Source: an uncultured bacterium
Lineage (GTDB): Bacteria; JAGOEH01; CAYLKS01
Length of the DNA stretch: 64,000 nt
Direction: 5' to 3'
Assembly: GCA_964384205.1 (NCBI GenBank)
Contig: CAYLKS010000004.1
Location: forward strand, 13,301-77,300
Of this stretch, positions 29,662 to 38,291 are shown in pieces. The notes under the pieces were generated by a model, which did no database searches, was not told the DNA's origin, and worked only from the letters and a program-made list of their open reading frames with translations. Position numbers and translations under genes: made by a program. How positions within the stretch are numbered: position 1 is the stretch's first letter; each line of letters opens with the position of its first letter.

Positions 29662-31017
29662 TTAGGCACCTATTTTTTCACTTATTTCTTCAAAAATGAT
29701 TTCAAATAGTTTCTCAAGATTAATTAATATAATCATTCTTTTATCTTTTTTCCCAACACCGTATAAAAATTCTGTATTAATCTTTGTATGAGCAACTATC
29801 GGCTCCTGTACTTCTTTCATGTCAAATTCAACAATATCTGAGACAGAATCCACAACAATCCCTATAATTTTGTCTAAAACTTCTATTACTATAATTACAG
29901 AATACTTAGTAATTTTTATATTATTCATATTAAATTTTTTTCTTAAATCGAAAATAGGGATAACATTTCCTCTTAAATTTAACATTCCTAATATATAATC
30001 TGGTGTATTAGGTATAATATTAGGTTGATGGAAGCCAATAATTTCTTGTATTTTTAGTATTTCAATACCATATTCTTCATTATCCATAATAACAGTTATG
30101 TATTCTCTTATATCGTTTAATGGTTGCTCTTCTTCAATGTTTTGTACCTCATATTCTTCTGGTATTTTTTCTATTGTTTGTTTTTGAGATTCTTCTAAAT
30201 TTTCTTTTTTAAATTTTAATTCTTTTTTGTCTTGATTTGTTTTTAATATATCTTCTTCTTTTAGTTGTATAATATTATCTTCTTTTATCTTTAGTGTATA
30301 GGCGACCATGTCTTTTTCCATTGGTGAAAAATATAATATAGATATTGGTAAGTGTTCTTCAGTATCTTCAGATAAATCCTGGATTAGATTTATATTTATT
30401 TTATTATCTAAAATTTCACCGAAGTTTGTAGCTTCTTTTACAAAGCTCAAGGGATTAATGCCCTTTTTTTCTAAATCATTAATTAAATCTATATTGATAA
30501 CAAAAACATATCCTGTTTTAAATTTTGTTTTCAAAATAGCAATATTTACATCAAAATTATAAGAACAGTTATCTCTTTCAAATTTGGTGGTTGTATTCAA
30601 TTCTTGAATTAATTCCTTGTCTCCACTTTCCTTCAAAGAATTATCAAGTAATTGAAGGTATTCTGTTATATCCATATTATTGGATTCTTCTACATTATCA
30701 AGTAATTCTTTAAGCCGATCAATAGATTTTAATAAAGCATTCGATATAGAAGATGTCATATTTATTTTTCTATTTCTAATTAAATCAAGAATATCTTCCA
30801 TTTTATGTGATAGTTTTTCTATATTATGAAGTTCAATGAAAGACGCTCCACCTTTTATTGAATGTATTGCTCTGAATATATTATTAATTAAATCAGAATC
30901 AAATTCTCCTGCTTTTAACTGTTGTTCAAATGATAATATATCATTTTCAATATTATTTAAATGTTCAGAAGATTCTGCAACAAAGTCTGGTATTAAATAG
31001 GAAAAATCTTCAGCCAT
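29662..31017 (-). CDS. Hpt(P1)-linker-CheW(P5-like) protein lacking the CheA dimerisation and ATPase domains
   Basis: The N-terminal Hpt helix has the phosphorylatable His in FRAIHSIKGGASF (canonical HTLKG). An acidic/coiled linker of ~170 aa follows. The C-terminal CheW-like domain is GIEILKIQEIIGFHQPNIIPNTPDYILGMLNLRGNVIPIFDLRKKF. No H-box-independent ATPase motifs are present. Confidence 0.65.
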   Translation of the reverse strand: MAEDFSYLIPDFVAESSEHLNNIENDILSFEQQLKAGEFDSDLINNIFRAIHSIKGGASFIELHNIEKLSHKMEDILDLIRNRKINMTSSISNALLKSIDRLKELLDNVEESNNMDITEYLQLLDNSLKESGDKELIQELNTTTKFERDNCSYNFDVNIAILKTKFKTGYVFVINIDLINDLEKKGINPLSFVKEATNFGEILDNKININLIQDLSEDTEEHLPISILYFSPMEKDMVAYTLKIKEDNIIQLKEEDILKTNQDKKELKFKKENLEESQKQTIEKIPEEYEVQNIEEEQPLNDIREYITVIMDNEEYGIEILKIQEIIGFHQPNIIPNTPDYILGMLNLRGNVIPIFDLRKKFNMNNIKITKYSVIIVIEVLDKIIGIVVDSVSDIVEFDMKEVQEPIVAHTKINTEFLYGVGKKDKRMIILINLEKLFEIIFEEISEKIGA

Positions 31018-31030
31018 AATATCCCCCTGT

Positions 31031-31498
31031 CTATAATAAGTCTAATTCTTCTTGAAATAAAATTTTGTCAATATTAACAATTAGTACAAAATAATTCTCT
31101 TTTTTTATTACGCCAGCAATATATTCTCTATCTATATTGGAATTTGTAATTAGGCTAGGTGTTGGTTGAATATCTTCCTTACTAAAATTGATTATATCGG
31201 AAACAGAATCAACAATTATACCTATTAATTTATTTTTAATACTTAAAATTAAAATAACAGTGAATTTATCATATTCTTTTTCAGGGAGATTAAATCTACT
31301 CCTGATATCTATAATCGGTACTGCTTCTCCACGTAAATCTATAATTCCTTTCACAAATGGAGGCGAATTTGGAATTCTTGTTATAGGTTTATATCCGATA
31401 ACTTCTCTTATTTTTAATACTTCAACAGCATAATATTCATTATCTAAAGTAAAAATAATATACTGTGATGTTTCTTTTATAACATCATTGGATTGCAT
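31031..31498 (-). CDS. cheW: Chemotaxis coupling protein CheW
   Basis: At 155 aa it is a single CheW domain: YAVEVLKIREVIGYKPITRIPNSPPFVKGIIDLRGEAVPIIDIRSRF. Confidence 0.8.
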   Translation of the reverse strand: MQSNDVIKETSQYIIFTLDNEYYAVEVLKIREVIGYKPITRIPNSPPFVKGIIDLRGEAVPIIDIRSRFNLPEKEYDKFTVILILSIKNKLIGIIVDSVSDIINFSKEDIQPTPSLITNSNIDREYIAGVIKKENYFVLIVNIDKILFQEELDLL

Positions 31499-33605
31499 AG
31501 TTCCCCCTATTTATATTTACAAAGGCTAAATTTTCCAGACCGTAGATATCAAGGATTAGTGAAAGATTGCCATCTCCTAAAATGGTAACACCAGCAGTGC
31601 CTGGTAGCTGCATAAAATTTTTATCCAGAGATTTTATAACAGCTTGTTGTTCTCCAATTATATCATCAACCATTAATCCAAACTTTTTATTTCTGCTTCC
31701 TTCTATAATAATGATCAATGCTTTTGCAGGATCTGTTTTTTCTGTTTCTAAATTGAATAATTTATGTAATCTTACTAATGGTAAATATTCTCCTCTTACT
31801 TCTATCAATTCGCCTTCTTTTTCTATTGATTTTATATTTTCTTGCTGAGGTTTTATGCTTTCTATAATAGACATTAGGGGGATCGTAATATATTCTTTAC
31901 CAACTTTTACGATCATACCATCGATAATTGCTAATGTTAGAGGAAGTTTTATTTTAAATGTAGTTCCTATATCTTTTTGAGATTCTACTATAATTGAACC
32001 TTTTAAATCTTCAATATTCTTTCTTACTACATCTAATCCAACGCCTCTACCACTAATTTCTGTGACTTTTTCAGCTGTAGAAAATCCAGGCATAAATAGA
32101 AAACTATAAATATCTTCATCGGAAAATTTTTGATTAGGAGAAATGAGCCCTTTTGATATCGCTTTTTGATATACTTTTTCTTTATCTATACCTCTGCCGT
32201 CATCTTTTATTTCTATAAATATACTGCCCTCTTGTTGATATGCTTTTAATTGAATTAATCCTTCTTCTGGTTTTCCTTTTTTTCTTCTTTCTTCAGGGGA
32301 TTCTATGCCATGATCTACAGAATTCCTAATTAAATGTTTTAGAGGATCTCCCAGTTGTTCAATAACATTTTTATCTAATTCTGTTTCTGTTCCATACATT
32401 TCTAATCTAATTTTTTTATTTAATTCTTTTGACATATCTCTTACTATTCTATAAAATCTGTTGAATGTCCCCTCCACAGGAATCATTCTGACTTTCATTA
32501 CCTGTTCTTGAATTTCTCTTGAAAATCTAATAAGATCCTCTAATGCATTTGCCATATCATGATTTTTAATAAAATGATTATCTTTGGAAATCTGGTTTAG
32601 CCTTGCCATAGCTATAACCATTTCGCTAACTAAATTAACTAATTTGTCAAGTTTTTGTGTATCTACTCTGATAGTAGAAGCCTTTTTTATTTTTTGTCCA
32701 GTTTTTTTTATGACTTTATTACTCATAGGCTTCTCCTTTATAGGAATTTGTTTTGTTTTGTTCTGGTTATTATCATTTATATTAGTTTGTGGCTGAACTT
32801 GGACTGTTACAGACTCTTGAGTTTTCGCAGGAATATCTTGAGTTTTTGTAATATCTTCTTTTTTTTCTATATTTTTAAGATATTCATTTGTTATATCTGA
32901 TATTTTAATTTTATTATTATCATCCATTACAAAAATAAATATATTTTCAATTTGACTTATCGGTTCTTCAGATTTTAGAATTATTTCCCACGATATATAA
33001 TGTTTATATATATCAATTTGATCAAAAGCTGGCAGATTATCAATATTTGTTATTGTTTGGACAATTTCTCCCACTTCTTCAAGTTCATAGAAAAACATAA
33101 TAGGATTTGTACCTGTTTCATATATATGATTATTTAAAGAAATATTTATTTTATAGAACTTTAAACCCTTATCAGTTTTTTTGTCGATTTTAATATTTGT
33201 TTTCTCTTCTTTTTGTTCATTTGTTCCCAGAAAATTATTTGCTTGTTTTATTAATTCATTAAATGTTGGTTCTAATTTTGTAAAATCTTCGTTGAAATTC
33301 TTATCTGTTACAAATTTTAAGACATCTTCCACCTGAAATAGAAGATTGATTATTTCTTCATTTAAAGGAAGTTCGCCATTTCTTATAACATCTAATAAAT
33401 TTTCTATATGGTGGCAAAAATCTGACAATTTTGTATAACCAACCAATGCCGTACTGCTTTTGAAAGTGTGAATCGCTCGGAATAATGCATTTATGTTTTC
33501 GTTAAAATCTATATTTTGTTCTAAATTAAGGATTGCTTCCTCATACTGATTTAGTAAATCTTCTGCTTCCTGAAAAAAAATTTCTTTAATTTGATCCTGG
33601 TTCAT
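31485..33605 (-). CDS. cheA: Chemotaxis histidine kinase CheA (P1-P5 complete)
   Basis: The P1 Hpt has His in FRAIHTFKSS. There is a P3 dimerisation helix and a P4 GHKL domain (IRNSVDHGIE ... IKDDGRGID ... SGRGVGLDVV). The C-terminus is a P5 CheW-like domain. Length 706 aa. Confidence 0.9.
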   Translation of the reverse strand: MNQDQIKEIFFQEAEDLLNQYEEAILNLEQNIDFNENINALFRAIHTFKSSTALVGYTKLSDFCHHIENLLDVIRNGELPLNEEIINLLFQVEDVLKFVTDKNFNEDFTKLEPTFNELIKQANNFLGTNEQKEEKTNIKIDKKTDKGLKFYKINISLNNHIYETGTNPIMFFYELEEVGEIVQTITNIDNLPAFDQIDIYKHYISWEIILKSEEPISQIENIFIFVMDDNNKIKISDITNEYLKNIEKKEDITKTQDIPAKTQESVTVQVQPQTNINDNNQNKTKQIPIKEKPMSNKVIKKTGQKIKKASTIRVDTQKLDKLVNLVSEMVIAMARLNQISKDNHFIKNHDMANALEDLIRFSREIQEQVMKVRMIPVEGTFNRFYRIVRDMSKELNKKIRLEMYGTETELDKNVIEQLGDPLKHLIRNSVDHGIESPEERRKKGKPEEGLIQLKAYQQEGSIFIEIKDDGRGIDKEKVYQKAISKGLISPNQKFSDEDIYSFLFMPGFSTAEKVTEISGRGVGLDVVRKNIEDLKGSIIVESQKDIGTTFKIKLPLTLAIIDGMIVKVGKEYITIPLMSIIESIKPQQENIKSIEKEGELIEVRGEYLPLVRLHKLFNLETEKTDPAKALIIIIEGSRNKKFGLMVDDIIGEQQAVIKSLDKNFMQLPGTAGVTILGDGNLSLILDIYGLENLAFVNINRGNYAIQ

Positions 33606-33617
33606 AACTGCTACCTT

Positions 33618-34001
33618 TTATGTTCTGATAAATTTTTTTGCTACTTTTATTAACATTTCAGGAGAAAAGGGTTTTAAAAGCCATCCCGCTGCTCCAGCTT
33701 CTTTTCCTTTCATTTTCATTTCGTTTTGGGATTCTGTTGTTAGTACTATAATCGGAATGAATTTAAATTCACTTTGTTTTACAGTTTTGATAAATTCAAT
33801 TCCATCCATTACAGGCATATAAATATCACTGAAAATTAGTGATACCTTTTCATTATTTGCATATATTTCTTTTAATTTCTCGATTCCTTTTTGACCATTT
33901 TCTGCCTCATATACTTTATAACCAGAGGATTCTAATATAGCTCTAACACTGGCTCTTAAAGTAACCGAATCATCAACAATTAAAATTATAGGTTTATCCA
34001 T
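33618..34001 (-). CDS. cheY: Single-domain response regulator CheY
   Basis: The 127-aa protein has ILIVDDS, the acceptor region FSDIYMPVMDG, T in VLTTES and K in LLKPF. It lies directly downstream of cheA. Confidence 0.85.
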   Translation of the reverse strand: MDKPIILIVDDSVTLRASVRAILESSGYKVYEAENGQKGIEKLKEIYANNEKVSLIFSDIYMPVMDGIEFIKTVKQSEFKFIPIIVLTTESQNEMKMKGKEAGAAGWLLKPFSPEMLIKVAKKFIRT

Positions 34002-34014
34002 ATAAATATCCTTT

Positions 34015-34278
34015 TTAAATAAAAAACTTCAACAACCCCATTTTTTTTAATAATTCTTGAAAATTATTATCTTTAATATCAAATTTAGTTTTTGGATACG
34101 TCTTTTTAAAAGACATCAAGATCTGTAAATTTGCCATATGTATTTCTTTTATTTTATCAATTATTATTAAACAGGCATCTTTGTTCTTTATTTCAGCTAA
34201 ATTTTTATAAAGTGTATCGACATCTTCTATTGCTAAAGAATCATGCAGTCGAATATTATTAGCCTCTATTTCTATCAT
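34015..34278 (-). CDS. Small STAS-like (anti-sigma-antagonist-like) protein lacking the phosphorylatable Ser
   Basis: This 87-aa protein (MIEIEANNIRLHDSLAIEDVDTLYKNLAEIKNKDACLIIIDKIKEIHMANLQILM) has the hydrophobic periodicity of a STAS/SpoIIAA fold but no DSSG motif. Its stop overlaps the upstream gene by 4 nt. Confidence 0.3.
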   Translation of the reverse strand: MIEIEANNIRLHDSLAIEDVDTLYKNLAEIKNKDACLIIIDKIKEIHMANLQILMSFKKTYPKTKFDIKDNNFQELLKKMGLLKFFI

Positions 34279-35489
34279 TGTTTCTTCCTTAGGGTAAATA
34301 ATTTATCAAGTCTAAACGAAGAAAATAACATATAAATATCATCATTGAGATTTACAATTTCTATTTTGATCCCTTTTGAATCCAGAGTTTTATAAAGAGA
34401 TAATATTTTGCCAATACCAGAGCTTCCAATAAAAGGAACTCCTCCGAAGTCTAAAACTAAAGTAGATTCAACCTCATCAACTATCTCAGTAAGATATTTT
34501 TTTAGAGTTTCTGATTGAGAATTATCAATTTCTCCTTTGATTTTTACTATTAACTGATCTCCTATTTTTTCTTTGTTAATTACCATATTATAACTCCTTT
34601 TTGGATTAATTTTTTTTATTAATTTTACTTCATTTCCTTTGTTATTATAAACAATTTCATCAAAGGCGTATCTCATTATTCTTATACCACGCCCATTAAA
34701 CTGATCGGAATCAATATCCGATTCATATAAATATTTTTGCCAGTCAAAGCCTTCCCCTTGATCCTTTATACTAAAGATAAGAGTACTATCTTTTTTATTG
34801 AACTCCATTGTAATTGTAATTTGTTTATTTATAGTATCGTCATTTAACAAACGCGATATTATTAACTCGTCAAAATTTCCATTTTGTAAAGCTTTTCGTT
34901 TTGTTTCATAATCTATTTCTAAGTTGCCATGTTCAATAGCATTCATCAATGCTTCAAATAGTCCCACTCGTATTTTTTCTGCTTCATCTTTTAATATATG
35001 TTTAAATAGGAAAAGAAGTTGGTTTATTGTAGGATGTATTAGATTAATATCATTGTTTATACTAACAATTCTTTTTTCATATTCTATTGATTGGGTATCA
35101 ATGGTAGACATATCTATATACTGCCTTTGCAATATTATCTTGCTAAATAAGTCTTTTAGTTCACTAAAATTAAATGGTTTTGATAAAAAGAATGTTGCTC
35201 CACATTCCATTGCTTTTATTATATTTTCTTTATTTGAATATCCACTTAATCCTACAATTGTGATGTAATTATCTATTATTTTTGTTTCTTCAATAATTTC
35301 AAAGCCAATTTTATTATTATTTAAAATCAAATCAATTATTACTGTTTCTGGAGAGAATTGTTTAACTTTTTTAAAAAAATCTTTAGGCTCATTAGATAAT
35401 ATTGGATTGAAACCTAATTTAATTAAATATTTTTTCATAATATTTAGAATGTTTATATCATCATCTAATACTATCACATTTTTTTTCAT
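34275..35489 (-). CDS. Three-domain fusion: receiver + RsbW-like GHKL Ser kinase + STAS (anti-sigma-factor antagonist) with a phospho-Ser motif
   Basis: The receiver is canonical (VIVLDDDI, VIIDLIL, LSKPF). The GHKL region is LFEALMNAIEHGNLEID ... KDQGEGFDW ... GRGIRIMR. The C-terminal STAS carries FGGVPFIGSSGIGKIL, matching the SpoIIAA/RsbV DSSGLG phospho-Ser site. The start was chosen at the Met preceding KKNVIVLDDD; the listed ORF begins 16 codons upstream. Confidence 0.65.
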   Translation of the reverse strand: MKKNVIVLDDDINILNIMKKYLIKLGFNPILSNEPKDFFKKVKQFSPETVIIDLILNNNKIGFEIIEETKIIDNYITIVGLSGYSNKENIIKAMECGATFFLSKPFNFSELKDLFSKIILQRQYIDMSTIDTQSIEYEKRIVSINNDINLIHPTINQLLFLFKHILKDEAEKIRVGLFEALMNAIEHGNLEIDYETKRKALQNGNFDELIISRLLNDDTINKQITITMEFNKKDSTLIFSIKDQGEGFDWQKYLYESDIDSDQFNGRGIRIMRYAFDEIVYNNKGNEVKLIKKINPKRSYNMVINKEKIGDQLIVKIKGEIDNSQSETLKKYLTEIVDEVESTLVLDFGGVPFIGSSGIGKILSLYKTLDSKGIKIEIVNLNDDIYMLFSSFRLDKLFTLRKKQ

Positions 35490-35729
35490 ATATTTTCTCT
35501 CCATTAATATAATAAGTATATAAATAAATATTGTCAAGTTTTTTTGTAGAAATTATTTTTCTTTAGAGATTAATGTTTTAAAAGAATTGTATGGTACTTG
35601 ACTTATTTATATTTAGTAGCTATATTAAAATTATGTTGATAGTTAAAGTAGTATGTATATGGAACAATTACTTAGTGTATATCAAAAAATAGTAATGGTA
35701 AAAATTGTTTAAATTGGAGTGTATGGAAT

Positions 35730-36086
35730 ATGCGTTTTTTTAAAAAAAAAGATGATAGAAATTTAATGGACTTTATACCTGAGAAACTTGTTCAATCTCA
35801 AACAAATGAAGAAAATTTAGAAGTGTTAATTGTGCCTAAATTTAGAGATTTCTTTTTTGGCAAATTGTTACAACCTAAATTGCCTGAAAAAAAAGCTTAT
35901 TTTAGAATTAGTCTTGATGAATTTGGCACTTTCGTATGGAACTTGATTGATGGTAAGAGAACAGTTTTTGATATTTATAAAGAGTTTGAGAAAAAATATC
36001 CAGAAGAAGAGCAAAGTTTGCAAAGATTATCAAGATTTATTCAACTTTTGAAAGAAAGTAAATTTATAAAATATAACAATGTATAG
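35730..36086 (+). CDS. PqqD-like RiPP-recognition-element (RRE) family small protein
   Basis: This 118-aa ORF has a core (RISLDEFGTFVWNLIDGKRTVFDIYKEFEKKYPEEEQSLQRLSRFIQLLKESKFI) that aligns well with the PqqD consensus (LNETAAxIWELxDGxRTVxEIxxxLxxxYP ... VxxFLxxLxxxGLI). Its stop overlaps the rlmI start by 8 nt. Confidence 0.5.
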   Translation: MRFFKKKDDRNLMDFIPEKLVQSQTNEENLEVLIVPKFRDFFFGKLLQPKLPEKKAYFRISLDEFGTFVWNLIDGKRTVFDIYKEFEKKYPEEEQSLQRLSRFIQLLKESKFIKYNNV

Positions 36087-37257
36087 AGTAATAGTCAATT
36101 CTAATGGTAAAAGAAGGATTTTATCAGGATATTTATGGGTTTTTAGTAATGAACTTCATCATGATAAATCTATACCCCCAGGAGAGATTGTAGATGTTTA
36201 TGATAGCAATAGTAATTTTTTAGCCATTGCTTTTTATAATTATCAAAGTTTAATATCATTAAAAATTTTATCATTTAATAAAATTTTTGAATTAGATTCA
36301 TATATTAAAAAACGGATCATAGAAGCATATAAATACAGACTTCAATTTTTTGATAAAAATGAAAGTTTTAGACTTGTTTATTCAGAAGGGGATTTTTTGC
36401 CTGGCCTTATTATTGATAAATTTAATAACACTTTTCTTATTCAGGTAAATTCTATAGGAATTTATAAAATTTTGGATATTGTAAAAAATGTTTTAATAAA
36501 GCAGTTTAATCCTGATTCCATTTTTTTGAAAATCCATAAAAATATCAATCAAAATGAGTCTTTAAGTTCAGAATTTAAGCTTTTGTATGGTAAAGATAAT
36601 TCGAAATTAGTTATTTTAGAAAATGGAATAAAATATAATGTTGATTTAGCTATAGGCCAGAAAACAGGCTTTTTTTTTGATCAGCGGGAAAATAGAAGAT
36701 TGCTTAATAGATTAAGCCTGCAAAATAAAATAGGAATAGATGCTTTTTCTTATATCGGTGCATGGGGATTAAATGCTTTGAAAAATGGTGCTCAAAATGT
36801 TATTTTTATTGATTCTTCAAAGGATGCCTGTAATTTTATAGAAGAAAATATAAAGATTAATAATTTTTCCTTGTCTAATACAGAGATTATTAATGAAGAA
36901 GTGGTAAAAGTATTAAAAAAGTTTAAAGATTCAGGGGAAAAGTTCGATTTTATAATATTAGATCCTCCTGCATTGATAAAACGGAAAAGGGATATATCGC
37001 AAGGACAGAAAGGATATTATAATTTGAACAAACTGGCTTTGGATGTTCTTAAAGATAATGGATATTTGATTACATGCAGTTGTTCGTATCACCTTTCAGA
37101 AGCAAAGTTTCGAGAAATTGTTTTTACAATTTCCAGAAAGAAAAAAATAAAATTGTATCATCTTTTTCATGGAATTCAATCTTATGATCATCCTTTTTAT
37201 ATTCTTCATCCGGAAACAAAATATTTAAAATGTGATTTTTATATAAAAAGAGGTTAA
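36079..37257 (+). CDS. rlmI: 23S rRNA m5C methyltransferase RlmI-like (PUA + class I SAM methyltransferase)
   Basis: The N-terminal PUA-like segment is GKRRILSGYLWVFSNEL ... IVDVYDSNSNFLAIAFYN. The central motif is GQKTGFFFDQRENRRLL. The SAM fold has FDFIILDPPAL and LITCSCS. The architecture and 392-aa length match RlmI/YccW. Confidence 0.75.
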   Translation: MYRVIVNSNGKRRILSGYLWVFSNELHHDKSIPPGEIVDVYDSNSNFLAIAFYNYQSLISLKILSFNKIFELDSYIKKRIIEAYKYRLQFFDKNESFRLVYSEGDFLPGLIIDKFNNTFLIQVNSIGIYKILDIVKNVLIKQFNPDSIFLKIHKNINQNESLSSEFKLLYGKDNSKLVILENGIKYNVDLAIGQKTGFFFDQRENRRLLNRLSLQNKIGIDAFSYIGAWGLNALKNGAQNVIFIDSSKDACNFIEENIKINNFSLSNTEIINEEVVKVLKKFKDSGEKFDFIILDPPALIKRKRDISQGQKGYYNLNKLALDVLKDNGYLITCSCSYHLSEAKFREIVFTISRKKKIKLYHLFHGIQSYDHPFYILHPETKYLKCDFYIKRG

Positions 37258-37261
37258 TTTT

Positions 37262-37633
37262 ATGTTATTTAATAAAAAGAAAACTTATGATAAATTGAAA
37301 AAAAGTACTAAAAAAATAGATCAAACTACTTTATATTTGAAATTTCAAAAATATTTGAAATTAGTGCGGGCTAATGATAAGGAGCAAATTAATAAGCTAT
37401 TTTCCAAAAAAGAACAGGAATATTTTAAGCAATTGTTGAGGAAAAAGAAATACAATACAGAGTATAAATCTTTAAAGGAAATAAATAAATTAATAGATAA
37501 ATTTCAGCCTTATTTTGAGAAATCTCGACAATTAAATGATAATATAAAATTTTTAATAAAATATTCTGAAAAAAATCCTAAAAAAACAGCTCAGCTTTTG
37601 AAATCGGTAATGAAATTTCCAGCTAAAAAATAA
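37262..37633 (+). CDS. Lys-rich hypothetical protein
   Basis: This 123-aa ORF has an RBS, is ~30% Lys and is predicted helical. I recognise no motif. Confidence 0.3.
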   Translation: MLFNKKKTYDKLKKSTKKIDQTTLYLKFQKYLKLVRANDKEQINKLFSKKEQEYFKQLLRKKKYNTEYKSLKEINKLIDKFQPYFEKSRQLNDNIKFLIKYSEKNPKKTAQLLKSVMKFPAKK

Positions 37634-37649
37634 ATTTGGGAGGCATGTA

Positions 37650-38291
37650 TTGACTATTCGGGGAAAAGTAAAGAAAATTATAGAAATATTAGAAAAAAAA
37701 TATCCGGATGCAAAAACAGCTTTGCATTATGAGACTCCATTTGAATTGCTTGTGGCTACAATTTTATCAGCCCAATGTACCGACAAAAGAGTTAATATGG
37801 TAACAAAAGAATTGTTTAAGAATTATAGAACACCAAAAGATTTTGCAGAAATAGAAATAGAAAAATTAGAGGAATTAATAAGGCCTACAGGTTTTTTTAG
37901 AAATAAAGCTAAAAATATCAAAAAGTTATCTATTGAGTTGATAGAAAAATATGAAGGAGAAGTTCCTCTTGAGATGGACAAGATGGTTAGATTGCCGGGT
38001 ATTGGTAGAAAAACGGCTAATGTTGTTTTAACAAATGTGAAAAAAGAGCCAGGAATTGTTGTTGATACCCATGTAAAGCGAATTTCCAATAGATTGGGGT
38101 TAACAAAAGAGCAGGATCCTGTTAAAATAGAATTTGATTTACAGAAGAAAATTCCTAAAGATAAATGGATTGTGTTTTCTCATGTTATAATTTTTCATGG
38201 TCGTAATACTTGCAAAGCGAGAAAACCAAAATGTGAAAGTTGTGAAATAAAGGAATATTGTGATTTTTATAAAGGAAATGGAGTCTTTTAA
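37650..38291 (+). CDS. nth: Endonuclease III (DNA glycosylase/AP lyase)
   Basis: The HhH-GPD fold has LVATILSAQCTDKRVN and the HhH loop LPGIGRKTANVVL with the catalytic Lys context. The C-terminal 4Fe-4S cluster is C-x6-C-x2-C-x5-C (CKARKPKCESCEIKEYC). Confidence 0.85.
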   Translation: MTIRGKVKKIIEILEKKYPDAKTALHYETPFELLVATILSAQCTDKRVNMVTKELFKNYRTPKDFAEIEIEKLEELIRPTGFFRNKAKNIKKLSIELIEKYEGEVPLEMDKMVRLPGIGRKTANVVLTNVKKEPGIVVDTHVKRISNRLGLTKEQDPVKIEFDLQKKIPKDKWIVFSHVIIFHGRNTCKARKPKCESCEIKEYCDFYKGNGVF

